Shown here: positions 11,440 to 20,805 of the stretch, in pieces
Numbering within the stretch: position 1 is the first letter of the stretch
How the letters are laid out: the number at the start of each line of letters is the position of its first letter
Assembly (NCBI GenBank): GCA_963799845.1
Contig: CAWCYI010000004.1
Coordinates: 1,440,001 to 1,504,000 of the forward strand
Direction of reading: 5' to 3'
Source of the DNA: an uncultured Nitrososphaerota archaeon
GTDB taxonomy: Archaea > Thermoproteota > Nitrososphaeria > Nitrososphaerales > CADDZS01
Length of the DNA: 64,000 nt
Made by a program: the position numbers and the translations under genes
Notes under the pieces: model-generated
The model's database searches: none
Told to the model about the DNA's origin: nothing
The model's input: the letters and a program-made list of their open reading frames with translations, nothing else

Positions 11440-12132
11440 TTGAGTCAAAACGTCGGCAATACAGCAAACCAACCGTTGAGCCGTGTGCCATTTAGGAGAC
11501 GTCGAAGGATCGCGTTTGAATTAGTGACGTATTTCATTCTTGGACTGTTTGCAATAATTAGTCTCTGGACGAACGGAGGTCTGATAACTTATCCCACAGA
11601 TCTCGCTTTGGTAACACTCACTGGTTACACGCTCATTCTCGTTCTACCAATTCAGAAGTTCAAGCTGTCACCTGGAGGCGTGGAAGGAGAAGTCAGAGAA
11701 GATTTTGAAGTACCTCCTATTAGCGAATCTGAACAGGATGATCTCCTACGAAAAGTAGTCTCAAAGCAGACTCTTGACCCTTCAATCGCGGACAAGATAG
11801 TTGAAGGCCTGAAAGAAGAAGAGATTACGATTGACTCAACAAAACTGTTGGGAGAAAAAAGAGGCCTTGTATGGAGATTACCGTTTAGTCAATTTGAGAC
11901 AGTTCAGCAGTTATTGGATTCAATTTGGGCATCCCTTCCCAGAGATGTAGTCAAACCGTACACTTATGGAAAAAGCTGGTTGCTTAAGGATGACAAAGAC
12001 AAAATCCTATACAACATAGGAAGTAGCTCAAGCTTTGCAAAAAGTATAGGGAGACGGCGAATTGATTTAAGAAAGCTTGAGGACATCGATGTGAAGCCCG
12101 GAACACGGCTCTACGTAGTACCCGCTGGTTAA
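11440..12132 (+). CDS. Two-TM membrane protein with soluble C-terminal domain
   Basis: Two N-terminal hydrophobic helices, acidic linker, C-terminal TVQQLLD..PYTYG..W..DVKPGTRLYVV. Confidence 0.65.
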   Translation: MSQNVGNTANQPLSRVPFRRRRRIAFELVTYFILGLFAIISLWTNGGLITYPTDLALVTLTGYTLILVLPIQKFKLSPGGVEGEVREDFEVPPISESEQDDLLRKVVSKQTLDPSIADKIVEGLKEEEITIDSTKLLGEKRGLVWRLPFSQFETVQQLLDSIWASLPRDVVKPYTYGKSWLLKDDKDKILYNIGSSSSFAKSIGRRRIDLRKLEDIDVKPGTRLYVVPAG

Positions 12133-12303
12133 TTCCTGTCGTCCTTTTTGTAGGGCGTGTCAAAATCGCTTTTCCTTCCTTTTCCAACTCACAATAGCAC
12201 CTTCCGAAATGCCGGTGCTCCTTCTGATTTCTTGAGGTATGGGGATTGGTAGCAAAGGCGCCTTGTAAGAAATGTATCGACCTGAGAACTCCAATCAATA
12301 ATC

Positions 12304-12753
12304 TTAGAACGCATTTGCAGGGTTTGGATGGTCTTTCGTTACTTGTTGGGTTATGTCCCAATACTCCACGATCTTGTTCTTGGGGCCGAATCGGAACAAG
12401 TGCACCTGCCTCAATCCGCCTTCATCTGGCCTTGATTTGGAATTAAGGAGCTCGGTGTGGACTGCTACCGTGTTTCCGTCGGCGAGTACGTGCTTGATGG
12501 CAAAGTCCATGTCGTCAAATTGCGGAGTCGTGCTCTGCTGCACAGAAGTGATTGATTCCATCAGGGCATCCATGCCTCCCTTTACAAATGGATTATGCTG
12601 TCTTGCGTCTGGCGCGAAGAACTTCAGCGCCTCGCTCGGCGTTCCCAAAGTTGCAAAGAATTCCTTTACTATCAACTTGTGTTGCGACATCAATCTCGCA
12701 CCTGTCGAGCGTGATGTCTTATTCGCTACAAGTTTCTTTTTCATAATGTCCAA
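12304..12753 (-). CDS. SnoaL/NTF2-like protein
   Basis: QHNP..GG, ADGNTVAVH, HLFRF..KIVEYWD. Confidence 0.85.
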   Translation of the reverse strand: MDIMKKKLVANKTSRSTGARLMSQHKLIVKEFFATLGTPSEALKFFAPDARQHNPFVKGGMDALMESITSVQQSTTPQFDDMDFAIKHVLADGNTVAVHTELLNSKSRPDEGGLRQVHLFRFGPKNKIVEYWDITQQVTKDHPNPANAF

Positions 12754-13438
12754 TATTTTGTACTTATTATAAAACCTGTTCCGCCCTTTGGGGAGTGACT
12801 TCTATCCAGCGCAGGTGAAGTACGGAACGTCGCCCATCTTACGAAAAAGAGGCATGTTCAAAGGAGCAAGCGGTGGCAGAACCTATCTTGTAGCTCGATC
12901 CCAGCTCGCAGGCGTCTTTCACGAAGTCAAGAAAATACAAGAAGCTGCCCATTCATGCTTCATAGACGGGATGTGGGACCCCCGCACATAATTTACAAGT
13001 TCCAATGCTAATACTCATTAGAGATCCTTCGGCTACGTCCAGATAGCCCGCGAACCATCAAATTGGGGCTTCATACTAATTTGTGGCTTGCTCGGCCAGG
13101 GCATTGGCAGAGAATCTTACACGCCACAACCATTTTCGCTGGAATCCTTTTTTGAAACCCGCAGCACTAGCTAATCCCCAGAGGCCCGCTCCCGATCCGT
13201 TTTGGAAAATGCAACCTTGTCTCACAGAATTCGATTCAAAGTATTACCAGATGGCGATAACAATTCTACACCCGCCCACTTGTCTCAAAGAAGACAAATT
13301 GTGAAACAAGCTTCAACCCCTCGCCCTTCACCCTCCTGTTACTTCCTCAAAATGCGACGGTTCCACCGGTATCATCCTATGACGCGCGCCGACCCGCGCG
13401 CCTGACGAACCCTCCTACCACCACCCCCGCTTCCTTCG

Positions 13439-13690
13439 TTCATATACTAGTTACCATTGATTCTTATACAGAATTTTTTTCTGCGTTTCTACACACGTGA
13501 GCACTTTTTGGCCGAAGAGCTGACGTTCAAGCTCTGTTCAATGCGTTCAGCTCGTTTCAAGCTCTGTAAGCTCAGAAGAGCTCGTTTCAAGCTGTTACAC
13601 AGAGAGGGGGCCCCTAGGGAAGCTCCACATCCGCGCGTTTGTACTCGGCAGATTGCTCTCTAGCAGCTCGTTTCAATCTGAACGGAGCTT
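13439..13690 (+). repeat. Interspersed AGCT-hairpin element, copy 1 (three 30-bp units)
   Basis: AGCTCGTTTCAAGCT units at about 13518, 13549 and 13579 plus a degenerate unit at 13665; aligns with the reverse complements of 27272-27389 and 42340-42539. Confidence 0.88.
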
Positions 13691-13916
13691 AGAAAAAACG
13701 CTGGACTCTGACTTTTGCAAAGGGCACGAGATGACCCTTTTTCTGTAGGTAACGGGGGTTTTTGCTTTCAAGCGTATCAAAGGTGAGAAGGATTCGATCT
13801 TCAAAATCGTAAAAACGTTAAGAAAATCATCCTAGAATGCGGATCAGCTTTTCGGAGCTGCGTCCCATTCTATTCTTTTCTTAAAAGAGCAGTATTCCGT
13901 CTCCGAATTGTGAGGC

Positions 13917-15344
13917 TTAACTTCCAAGAACATGCTCGTGGTAATGCTCGACAGGCATGAGTGATCCTACCGCGCGTTGGACGACCTCGTTCATCGCGGG
14001 ATGGATGTGGATTGCTTCCTCGATAATTTCCGCGCTTCGAGTAGGGGCATACATCACGTTGATGATTTCCTGGATTAGCACGGATGCCTGCGGCCCGATG
14101 ATGTGCGCGCCGACAATTTCGTTGTTTGATCCGTTCACGATCACCTTGACGAAATAATCTTTGACGTTCATCGCCTCGCCCTTCGCGGTATTCTCGTACT
14201 CATAATATCCGATCATCACTTTCTCCTTGCCGAATTTCTCTACCGCCTCCTTCTCGAGCATGCCAACGCTCGCGATCTCCGGATAAGTGAAGACCGCGTG
14301 CGGAACCGCGTGGTAGTCGACCTTGACCTTTCGGTTGAGTATCGCATTGTAGTAGACCAGTATCGACTCGTAGTTTGCGACGTGGCGAAACAGGTAGTGC
14401 CCGTCCGCGTCTCCAAACGCCCAGATATTCGGTTGGGAGGTCTGGAAATATTCATCCACCTGAATCCACCCGTCGTTTGTGGTCTTGACACCGCTCTTCT
14501 CGGGATGGAGGATGTCGGTCAGCGGGCCCCTGCCGCACGCGATCATTATCTCCTCAGCATCGACCTGGATTGTAGCCCCGCTGCTTCTATCACGGGCGAC
14601 CAGACGTTTCAGTCCATCTGGAGTCCTTTGCGCTTCGATCACCTCATAGTTCGTGATCATTTCGATGTGCTTCCCGAGTACCTTTTTCGCAAGTTCCGAT
14701 ACCTCGGGTTCTTCCTCCGGGAGGAACCTTGGATTTCTTCCAACAATAGTAACCTTCGCACCCATCGAAGAAAGAAAGTGACCATACTCCGCCGCTATGT
14801 AACCGCCGCCGCAAATCGCGACGCTTTGCGGGAGTCTTGTTAGCTGAAGTACGGTGTCGCTAGTCAAATAGCCTACTTCCTCGAGACCCTTGATGTTGGG
14901 TATGATCGTCTTTGACCCGGTGGTGAGGAAAATCATGCCGGACTTGATCGTCTCGCTGCCGACCTTCATGGTGTACGGGGAAACAAACTCCGCAACGTCG
15001 TGATAGTAATCAATGTTCTCGGACGAAGACAGCCCCTGCCGGATCGATTCGATATCTTTCCCGATGAGAGATCGCATCCGTTCCATTATCTTCAGGAAAT
15101 CAATTTTGGTAATGTCGGCCTCGACGCCTAACTCCCTTGCTTCCTCGATGTGCCTCACGAGCTCGGCCGGGTAGAGCAGGATCTTTGACGGGATGCACCC
15201 ACGGGTAAGGCAGATCCCGCCCGGCTCGTCCTTGTCGATGATCGCAATCTTCATTTTGGGATTGGACTGTATCAGAGGATCAATCAGGTTTGTCGCAGAA
15301 CCGCTTCCAATAACAATCAGGTCATAGTTTTTCAATTCAACCAC
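13917..15344 (-). CDS. Class I pyridine nucleotide-disulfide oxidoreductase (dihydrolipoyl dehydrogenase / mycothione reductase-like)
   Basis: GSGSA, GGICLTRGCIPSK redox disulfide, GGGYIAAE, HIHPAMNE. Confidence 0.9.
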   Translation of the reverse strand: MVELKNYDLIVIGSGSATNLIDPLIQSNPKMKIAIIDKDEPGGICLTRGCIPSKILLYPAELVRHIEEARELGVEADITKIDFLKIMERMRSLIGKDIESIRQGLSSSENIDYYHDVAEFVSPYTMKVGSETIKSGMIFLTTGSKTIIPNIKGLEEVGYLTSDTVLQLTRLPQSVAICGGGYIAAEYGHFLSSMGAKVTIVGRNPRFLPEEEPEVSELAKKVLGKHIEMITNYEVIEAQRTPDGLKRLVARDRSSGATIQVDAEEIMIACGRGPLTDILHPEKSGVKTTNDGWIQVDEYFQTSQPNIWAFGDADGHYLFRHVANYESILVYYNAILNRKVKVDYHAVPHAVFTYPEIASVGMLEKEAVEKFGKEKVMIGYYEYENTAKGEAMNVKDYFVKVIVNGSNNEIVGAHIIGPQASVLIQEIINVMYAPTRSAEIIEEAIHIHPAMNEVVQRAVGSLMPVEHYHEHVLGS

Positions 15345-15404
15345 GAGGAGGGCTGTAGCAATTTATAAGTTGGGATTCTCAGGAATTCAAATCAGGAATA
15401 AGAA

Positions 15405-15884
15405 ATGGACGACTCCCAAGACAATGTCCCCAGATGGACGATTCCGAAACGTACCCGAATTGACAATGAATACCTGCACATTTCTGATTTTAATCTAGTG
15501 AGAAAGAGCAACGACAGAGATTCGGTGCTGTTCGTGAAGGGTGGTCCAAAATTTCCGGTTTCCTTCAAGAGGGGTAAGTGGCTCCTTCCAGCTGCCATAT
15601 TGGATTTCGGAGAAAAACCGAAAGACGTAGCAAAGCGAATTCTGAACGAGCAACTTGGGAACGTCGAGTACCTAGATCCAACGTTCCTTTCGATGCAGTC
15701 CTATCTCGGAGCTCACTGGGATATCGTGTTCATTTTTGAATCGCATCTTGGGGAAGGCAAACCGATCCCAACAGCGAAGGAGCCCTTTGTCGGAGTCATG
15801 TTCTACAATCTAAACTCGCTTCCGAGACACGAGATTGCGGAAGATCATCTGGAAGTGCTGGATGAGCTGAAGAAGGGAATCTAA
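15405..15884 (+). CDS. NUDIX-fold protein with degenerate Nudix box
   Basis: GKWLLPAAILDFGEKPKDVAKRILNEQLG. Confidence 0.7.
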   Translation: MDDSQDNVPRWTIPKRTRIDNEYLHISDFNLVRKSNDRDSVLFVKGGPKFPVSFKRGKWLLPAAILDFGEKPKDVAKRILNEQLGNVEYLDPTFLSMQSYLGAHWDIVFIFESHLGEGKPIPTAKEPFVGVMFYNLNSLPRHEIAEDHLEVLDELKKGI

Positions 15885-15922
15885 TTGCCGCGCATTTCAT
15901 ACATACCCGAAAAATGTTTTCA

Positions 15923-16921
15923 CTAAGCTTGCATACGGGCGTTTCCCTTTTCAAAAAGTTCAGAGAAGAACGAATATCCTTTCTTTTCATAAATCCGACG
16001 TATCAGATCCCTCTCAGTGATCACTCCAACCAACCCTCGGCTGTCGACAACGGCAAATCCTCCAGTCCCGAGCTCCCGCATCAAATACGCAGCATTTCCA
16101 CAATCTTCCTTTGGATCTATCAGCGGCATAGGCGATTGCATGACAGTTTTTACCGGTTGTTTGATGGCGAGGCTCACATCCAGCATGTCGTACGAAATCA
16201 TACTCTCGAGATAACGAAGAATCATCTTGTTCGTAACCATACCTCGAACTGAGATACCACCTACTCCGTTTTTCGGTGACCTAACAACAGGAAGTCTTCT
16301 CACTTTCTCCTCACGCATTGAAGTCATCGCAGAAAGAATTGAATCTCGCTCATCCGCGGTTGCGACTCGATCAGTCATGCAATCCTCGATTCGCACTCCA
16401 AATGGACTGTAGGCTGCCAAGATTGAAACAATGTCTCTCAATGTAACGATTCCCACAAGTTTTCCATTTGATTTTTTCTCTTGGATCGATGGATTAGATC
16501 CCCCTTTTGTAGAAGTTTCGTCGTCTTCGACAATCAAAAGCGAGCCGATATTCTTCTGCCCGATGATTCTTATCGCATCTAGGATAGTGTGGCTTGGTCT
16601 AATGGTAACTGGATTGTCGTTCGCTATTGCTGACATTCGGGTATTCAGTGAAGACATTAAGTTAATGCCCCGTTCTTCACAAGCCGCAAAGGTATCGATC
16701 AAGTCACCCGCGGAAACAATGCCAGACACTATTCCATCGTTCACCACTGGAAGGTGCCTGAATCCTCTGTGTGCCATTATTCTTAGGGCAGTCCGAACCG
16801 TATCCTTCGACTCGACTACACTCGTATATCTTGTGAGCAGATGCCACCAATCTCTGAACGTTAGCGTTTCGACTCGACGCAATGAATCCAAATTGCGGTT
16901 ATCGGAAGTATTTTCCTTCAT
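15923..16921 (-). CDS. Multi-CBS domain protein
   Basis: RHLPVV..GIVSAGDL, GIVTLRDI, RRLPVV, GVITERDL. Confidence 0.9.
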   Translation of the reverse strand: MKENTSDNRNLDSLRRVETLTFRDWWHLLTRYTSVVESKDTVRTALRIMAHRGFRHLPVVNDGIVSGIVSAGDLIDTFAACEERGINLMSSLNTRMSAIANDNPVTIRPSHTILDAIRIIGQKNIGSLLIVEDDETSTKGGSNPSIQEKKSNGKLVGIVTLRDIVSILAAYSPFGVRIEDCMTDRVATADERDSILSAMTSMREEKVRRLPVVRSPKNGVGGISVRGMVTNKMILRYLESMISYDMLDVSLAIKQPVKTVMQSPMPLIDPKEDCGNAAYLMRELGTGGFAVVDSRGLVGVITERDLIRRIYEKKGYSFFSELFEKGNARMQA

Positions 16922-17006
16922 ATTGTTGTCAAATCTCTACGCGATCATCCGCTAGCATGCTCTTACAAGTTTCTCTCAACACAAATTTACTTCTTTGCGG
17001 ATGAAA

Positions 17007-17531
17007 TCATGCAGGAATTAACCCCGCTCTTGCTAGAAGGTTAGTTCCGACTTGTCTTCCAATCTGTTCGAATCTCTTCTCTTCTCCTTCTTTGAGCCAT
17101 GCATCACCGACCCGTCCATCCTCAAGAAAGACCGTGGCGGACTCACATTGTGCAATGATCTCCAGGCCCAGATGTTTCAACCGTTTCTCAATGAACTTGG
17201 CTGCACTGCCGGAAAACAATCGATCAAGTTTCGTATCGAACGCAAAGCCATATTTTCCTGAAAAATCGACGTTCTCGAGCTTTTTCAACAACTCCTTCAT
17301 CGGCTTTGATGATGTGTGCCATTCGGTTGGACAGCCAAGACAAATCAGATCGTATTCCTTCAATGATTCGACGCTGACTGCTTTTGCGTTAGTGCAGAGA
17401 GTTTCAATATCGACTTCCCGTAGTCCCGATTCGAACCATCTTGCAATCTTTTCTGTGTTACCGAACCTTGTGTCGAAGATAACTATTGCGCGTTTTGGTC
17501 CAGCTTTCCTGACAGGAACCTGGTCTGTCAA
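17007..17531 (-). CDS. Flavodoxin domain protein
   Basis: DTRFGNTEKIA, YDLICLGCPT, AFDT. Confidence 0.88.
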   Translation of the reverse strand: MTDQVPVRKAGPKRAIVIFDTRFGNTEKIARWFESGLREVDIETLCTNAKAVSVESLKEYDLICLGCPTEWHTSSKPMKELLKKLENVDFSGKYGFAFDTKLDRLFSGSAAKFIEKRLKHLGLEIIAQCESATVFLEDGRVGDAWLKEGEEKRFEQIGRQVGTNLLARAGLIPA

Positions 17532-17693
17532 TTCAGTTTGATCTCAGACCATAGGAGACACTGGAATCTTACTTAAATCTGGTATACGATCATCAATTAT
17601 GATACTACCTGGACCAACTGAATCTGAACTTGGTAGTGCGTTTTTCCGTATCGGACATTGAGAGGGAAAATCTCGTTCTGCATCAGATTTAGG

Positions 17694-18479
17694 TCATTGA
17701 GATTCATTGTCTTGGAAGTCAAGATTAGCGATCTTCCTGAACTCTCTTATTGTCTCGGGAGCGAAGCCTGCGAAATGATTGTTGGAAAATACGAAAACCT
17801 CGTTCACCGAATCGAGTACAGAGCTAACTCTCTTCCAACATTCCTCGAGTAACGTTGTTCTATTCAGCTGGATTCTGTCGAATTTCGTGAGCTGTCTGTC
17901 GCCGATGAATCTCAAGTAAAGAAAATCCGCCGTGACCTTGGCGAGAAAGTCTCGTGTGTACTGGTTGGCAGACCACACGAAGCACACGTTGTTCTCCCAC
18001 AGAAGGTCGAACGTTTCGTCCCTGAAAAACGAACTGTTCCTTAGCTCGACCGCTAGCCTGATATCACCCCGGATTCCCTTTTCGTCTTGGACAAATTCTG
18101 CTAGTGCTGCAAAATCATCTCTGAAGTTGAAAGAAGGAGGCATCTGAGCGAGAATGCATTTCAATTTAGGGCGCAGTGGTTGCAAAACGGAGAGAAATCC
18201 TGATAGTTCTGCGTCGGAGGCTCTGAGCCTCCTTTCGTGTGTTATCGTCTGCGGGATCTTGACTGTGAATGAGAAGTTTTCAGGGGTCACATTCATCCAA
18301 CGATTAACCAGCCATGCACTGGGGCTGGAATAGAATGTAGTGTCAATCTCGACAATGTCGAAGACATTAGAATATAACGGCAAGTATTCATTTGGTTTTG
18401 AACCCAGAGGATAGAAGGGACCGATCCAATCCTCGTAACTCCAACCTGTGCAACCAGTTTTGATCTTATTTTCATTCAA
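17694..18479 (-). CDS. DUF72 (YecE) family protein
   Basis: GCTGWSYEDW..FYP, VEIDTTFY, ITHE, QMPPSF, ELRN, NNHFAG. Confidence 0.92.
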   Translation of the reverse strand: MNENKIKTGCTGWSYEDWIGPFYPLGSKPNEYLPLYSNVFDIVEIDTTFYSSPSAWLVNRWMNVTPENFSFTVKIPQTITHERRLRASDAELSGFLSVLQPLRPKLKCILAQMPPSFNFRDDFAALAEFVQDEKGIRGDIRLAVELRNSSFFRDETFDLLWENNVCFVWSANQYTRDFLAKVTADFLYLRFIGDRQLTKFDRIQLNRTTLLEECWKRVSSVLDSVNEVFVFSNNHFAGFAPETIREFRKIANLDFQDNESQ

Positions 18480-18558
18480 TTTTTCTCGCTATCAAAAGTT
18501 TGGAGATCCGTCAAAGGCGACCGGAATTTTGGGAAAAACTGTAAGAGCCATGTCCTTC

Positions 18559-19326
18559 TTACTGCACTCGAATTCTTCTGAACGCGAGCACCGCAATTCC
18601 GAAAACTGCAGCGGCAACGACTGACAGCGTTATGACTTCGAGCGACAACGTCGGCGTGAACGAACTGAAGAGGCCTGCTCTAAACATGTCGGTCGTCCAT
18701 GTCAAAGGATTTCCGTAGCTAATCACTTTTATCGCGCTGGGAGCCGAACTTGCTGGATAGAAAACCGATGAAGTGAACAGGAAAACGAAAAACGCGAATG
18801 TTGAAACAATCTGGAAGGTTTCTGACGATCGAAGCACAACGGATAGCGCAATCGCAAAAGATCCAAACAATATCGTCCCGAGAAACAATGCCGCTCCCAC
18901 AAAGAAAACTCCCTCAGGCGTGATTTGAAGATGCGCTCCCAAAACTGGAAGTGCGATGAGGAAGACGATCAATGAACCTGCTATACCGATGATCAGGGTG
19001 GCAAGAATAATACTGAAGATGTATTGAGCTCTGGAAAACGGTCCCATGAGTAACTGCTCGAACATCCCGTTTTTTCGATCGTACCAGAGCTGCGTTCCAG
19101 CGTTAGTGCCGCCATTGATAACGGTGAGGGTGACGGCCCCAGCAGCCAGATAGAGTTGATAGGGAACCGTCAGACCATTACCGAGACTCACCTTCCCCGC
19201 AATTCCTCCCAAACCTGGCCCCTCTACAAAAATGAAGAAGATTGGAAAAATCAGCTCGAAGAAAAGGGACGCGAAATCAAGATTTGCCCGCAGGTTTCTG
19301 TAGGTGAGTCTGACATAGGTATTCAA
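18559..19326 (-). CDS. ABC-2 type exporter permease
   Basis: About six TM helices, DRKNGMFEQLL, NPLTW; overlaps upstream ATPase. Confidence 0.88.
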   Translation of the reverse strand: MNTYVRLTYRNLRANLDFASLFFELIFPIFFIFVEGPGLGGIAGKVSLGNGLTVPYQLYLAAGAVTLTVINGGTNAGTQLWYDRKNGMFEQLLMGPFSRAQYIFSIILATLIIGIAGSLIVFLIALPVLGAHLQITPEGVFFVGAALFLGTILFGSFAIALSVVLRSSETFQIVSTFAFFVFLFTSSVFYPASSAPSAIKVISYGNPLTWTTDMFRAGLFSSFTPTLSLEVITLSVVAAAVFGIAVLAFRRIRVQ

Positions 19327-20363
19327 TTCGAGTACACCTCAGATTTCTTGGCACTTTCTTGGTTTGAATTTCCGACAAGACTAACGAACGCATCTTCAAG
19401 CGAAGTCTCTGAAATGTAAATTGAGGTAATCTGCAGCCCGAGTTTTTCCGACTGTCGGTAAAGCTCCGGTATGATAAGTTCCGGCTTCATCGTCGAGATT
19501 CTGTAGGAACCACTCTCCGGGTCTTGCACGATTTTCGTTACAGAATCGACTCGCCCAATTTCACTGGCGAGCTGCTCCGAAGTTCCTTCCAGAAGCTTGA
19601 ACTCGACCGCCTTTGCGCTGCCGAACCGTCTCTTCAGGTTCTCCGGCGAATCAATCTGAATGATCTTGCCGTAGTTGATTATCGCAATACGGTTGCAGAG
19701 ATACTCGGCTTCCTCGAGTATGTGGGTCGTAAAGAAGATCGTCAGCCCTTCTTTTTCCACCTTCTCCTTGAAAAAATTGAGAACCGATCTCCTCGCGATG
19801 GGATCAAGACCGACCGTGGGCTCATCTAGAAACAGCAAATCCATGTCGTGCATGAATTCTCGAGCGACCTGAAGCCTGCGTCTCTGGCCGGCGGACAGAT
19901 CGATGGTCGGGTTTTTCCTGAATTCGTCCATCCCGAATTTATCAATCAGCTCGGTCATGCGCTTCCTCCTCTCCTCGGCCGGCATGTCCCAAATCAGCCC
20001 GTAGATGTCCAGACTGGTCTCCACTTTCAAGCCTTGGTCGAAGCTGTCCTGCTGTTGAACCACGCCAATTTTTTCTCGGATCTTTTTTGCCTGTGATCGC
20101 AGATCGAAGCCGAGTATCGAAGCTGCTCCGCTCGAGGGCGGAATAAGAGTGGTGAGCATTTTTATCGTGGTAGTCTTGCCGGCACCATTCGGACCAAGAA
20201 AACCGAAGACCTCTCCCCGCTTGACCTCGAAGTTTACCGAGTCAACCGCAACCTTATCGCCAAATCTCTTTGAGAGTTCAGCTGTAGAAATGGCAAGTTC
20301 GGAGGGCAACCAACGTCGTGTTTTCTCGGGCCTCATTAAAGTAGTTCCGTTCAACACGCTCAA
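19323..20363 (-). CDS. ABC exporter ATP-binding subunit (DrrA/NodI-like)
   Basis: GPNGAGKTT, LSAGQ, LFLDEPT, TTH. Confidence 0.93.
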   Translation of the reverse strand: MSVLNGTTLMRPEKTRRWLPSELAISTAELSKRFGDKVAVDSVNFEVKRGEVFGFLGPNGAGKTTTIKMLTTLIPPSSGAASILGFDLRSQAKKIREKIGVVQQQDSFDQGLKVETSLDIYGLIWDMPAEERRKRMTELIDKFGMDEFRKNPTIDLSAGQRRRLQVAREFMHDMDLLFLDEPTVGLDPIARRSVLNFFKEKVEKEGLTIFFTTHILEEAEYLCNRIAIINYGKIIQIDSPENLKRRFGSAKAVEFKLLEGTSEQLASEIGRVDSVTKIVQDPESGSYRISTMKPELIIPELYRQSEKLGLQITSIYISETSLEDAFVSLVGNSNQESAKKSEVYSN

Positions 20364-20510
20364 CTGAAAATCGATGTGATAGATACTTCATGAAATTGAG
20401 AACGGGATATGAGTAGAAGTCATCTGTACAGTAGCAATAATCAAGCTGGATAGGATCTCAATTAGATTCAGACAACATTATGTTACCCGAAGATCAATTG
20501 AGTTTGGGAT

Positions 20511-20762
20511 ATGCCTTCAAAGGCTAATTATCATAAGCAGAAGCTACACGCCCCGAAGGATGTTGAAGAAAAGCTGGGTCTTGTTGAGGGTGACAAACCT
20601 GAAATCCGAATCGTGGATGAAAAATCATTCACTGTATCCCTAAGATGTAAATCTTCTCCCGAGGACAGAATGATCGAGAGAATTGACCAGAGGCCGTTCA
20701 TCTCCAAGATGAAAGCAAAGACTCTCAAACGAGAGGATTACTACGATACGGATAGAAGTTAA
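20511..20762 (+). CDS. AbrB/MazE-type antitoxin-like protein, orphan and degenerate
   Basis: KLHAPKDVEEKLGLVEGDK resembles the AbrB IPK..R..LGL..GD motif; no intact toxin follows. Confidence 0.5.
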   Translation: MPSKANYHKQKLHAPKDVEEKLGLVEGDKPEIRIVDEKSFTVSLRCKSSPEDRMIERIDQRPFISKMKAKTLKREDYYDTDRS

Positions 20763-20805
20763 CGGGACTAATATTCCATTAACCACATTCACGAATCCAA
20801 GTCCA

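Noticed and set aside
12788-13405. Short ORFs upstream of repeat copy 1
   Set aside because: No recognisable motif in any frame; possibly a decayed gene but unsupported.
13518-13595. CRISPR mini-array (GTTTCAA/TTGAAAC resembles CRISPR repeat ends)
   Set aside because: The period is only 30 bp, the intervening sequences are conserved between copies rather than unique, and there are no cas genes in the window.
13579-13620. Replication-origin ORB (GAAAC plus G-string)
   Set aside because: No TCCA half-site, the G-run is on the opposite strand to GAAAC, there is no adjacent orc1/cdc6, and copies are dispersed.
13457-13663. ORFs with RFKLC repeats (also 27232-27447 and 55808-55990)
   Set aside because: Starts, stops and flanking frames are not shared between copies, so they are best explained as by-products of the 30-bp DNA repeat.
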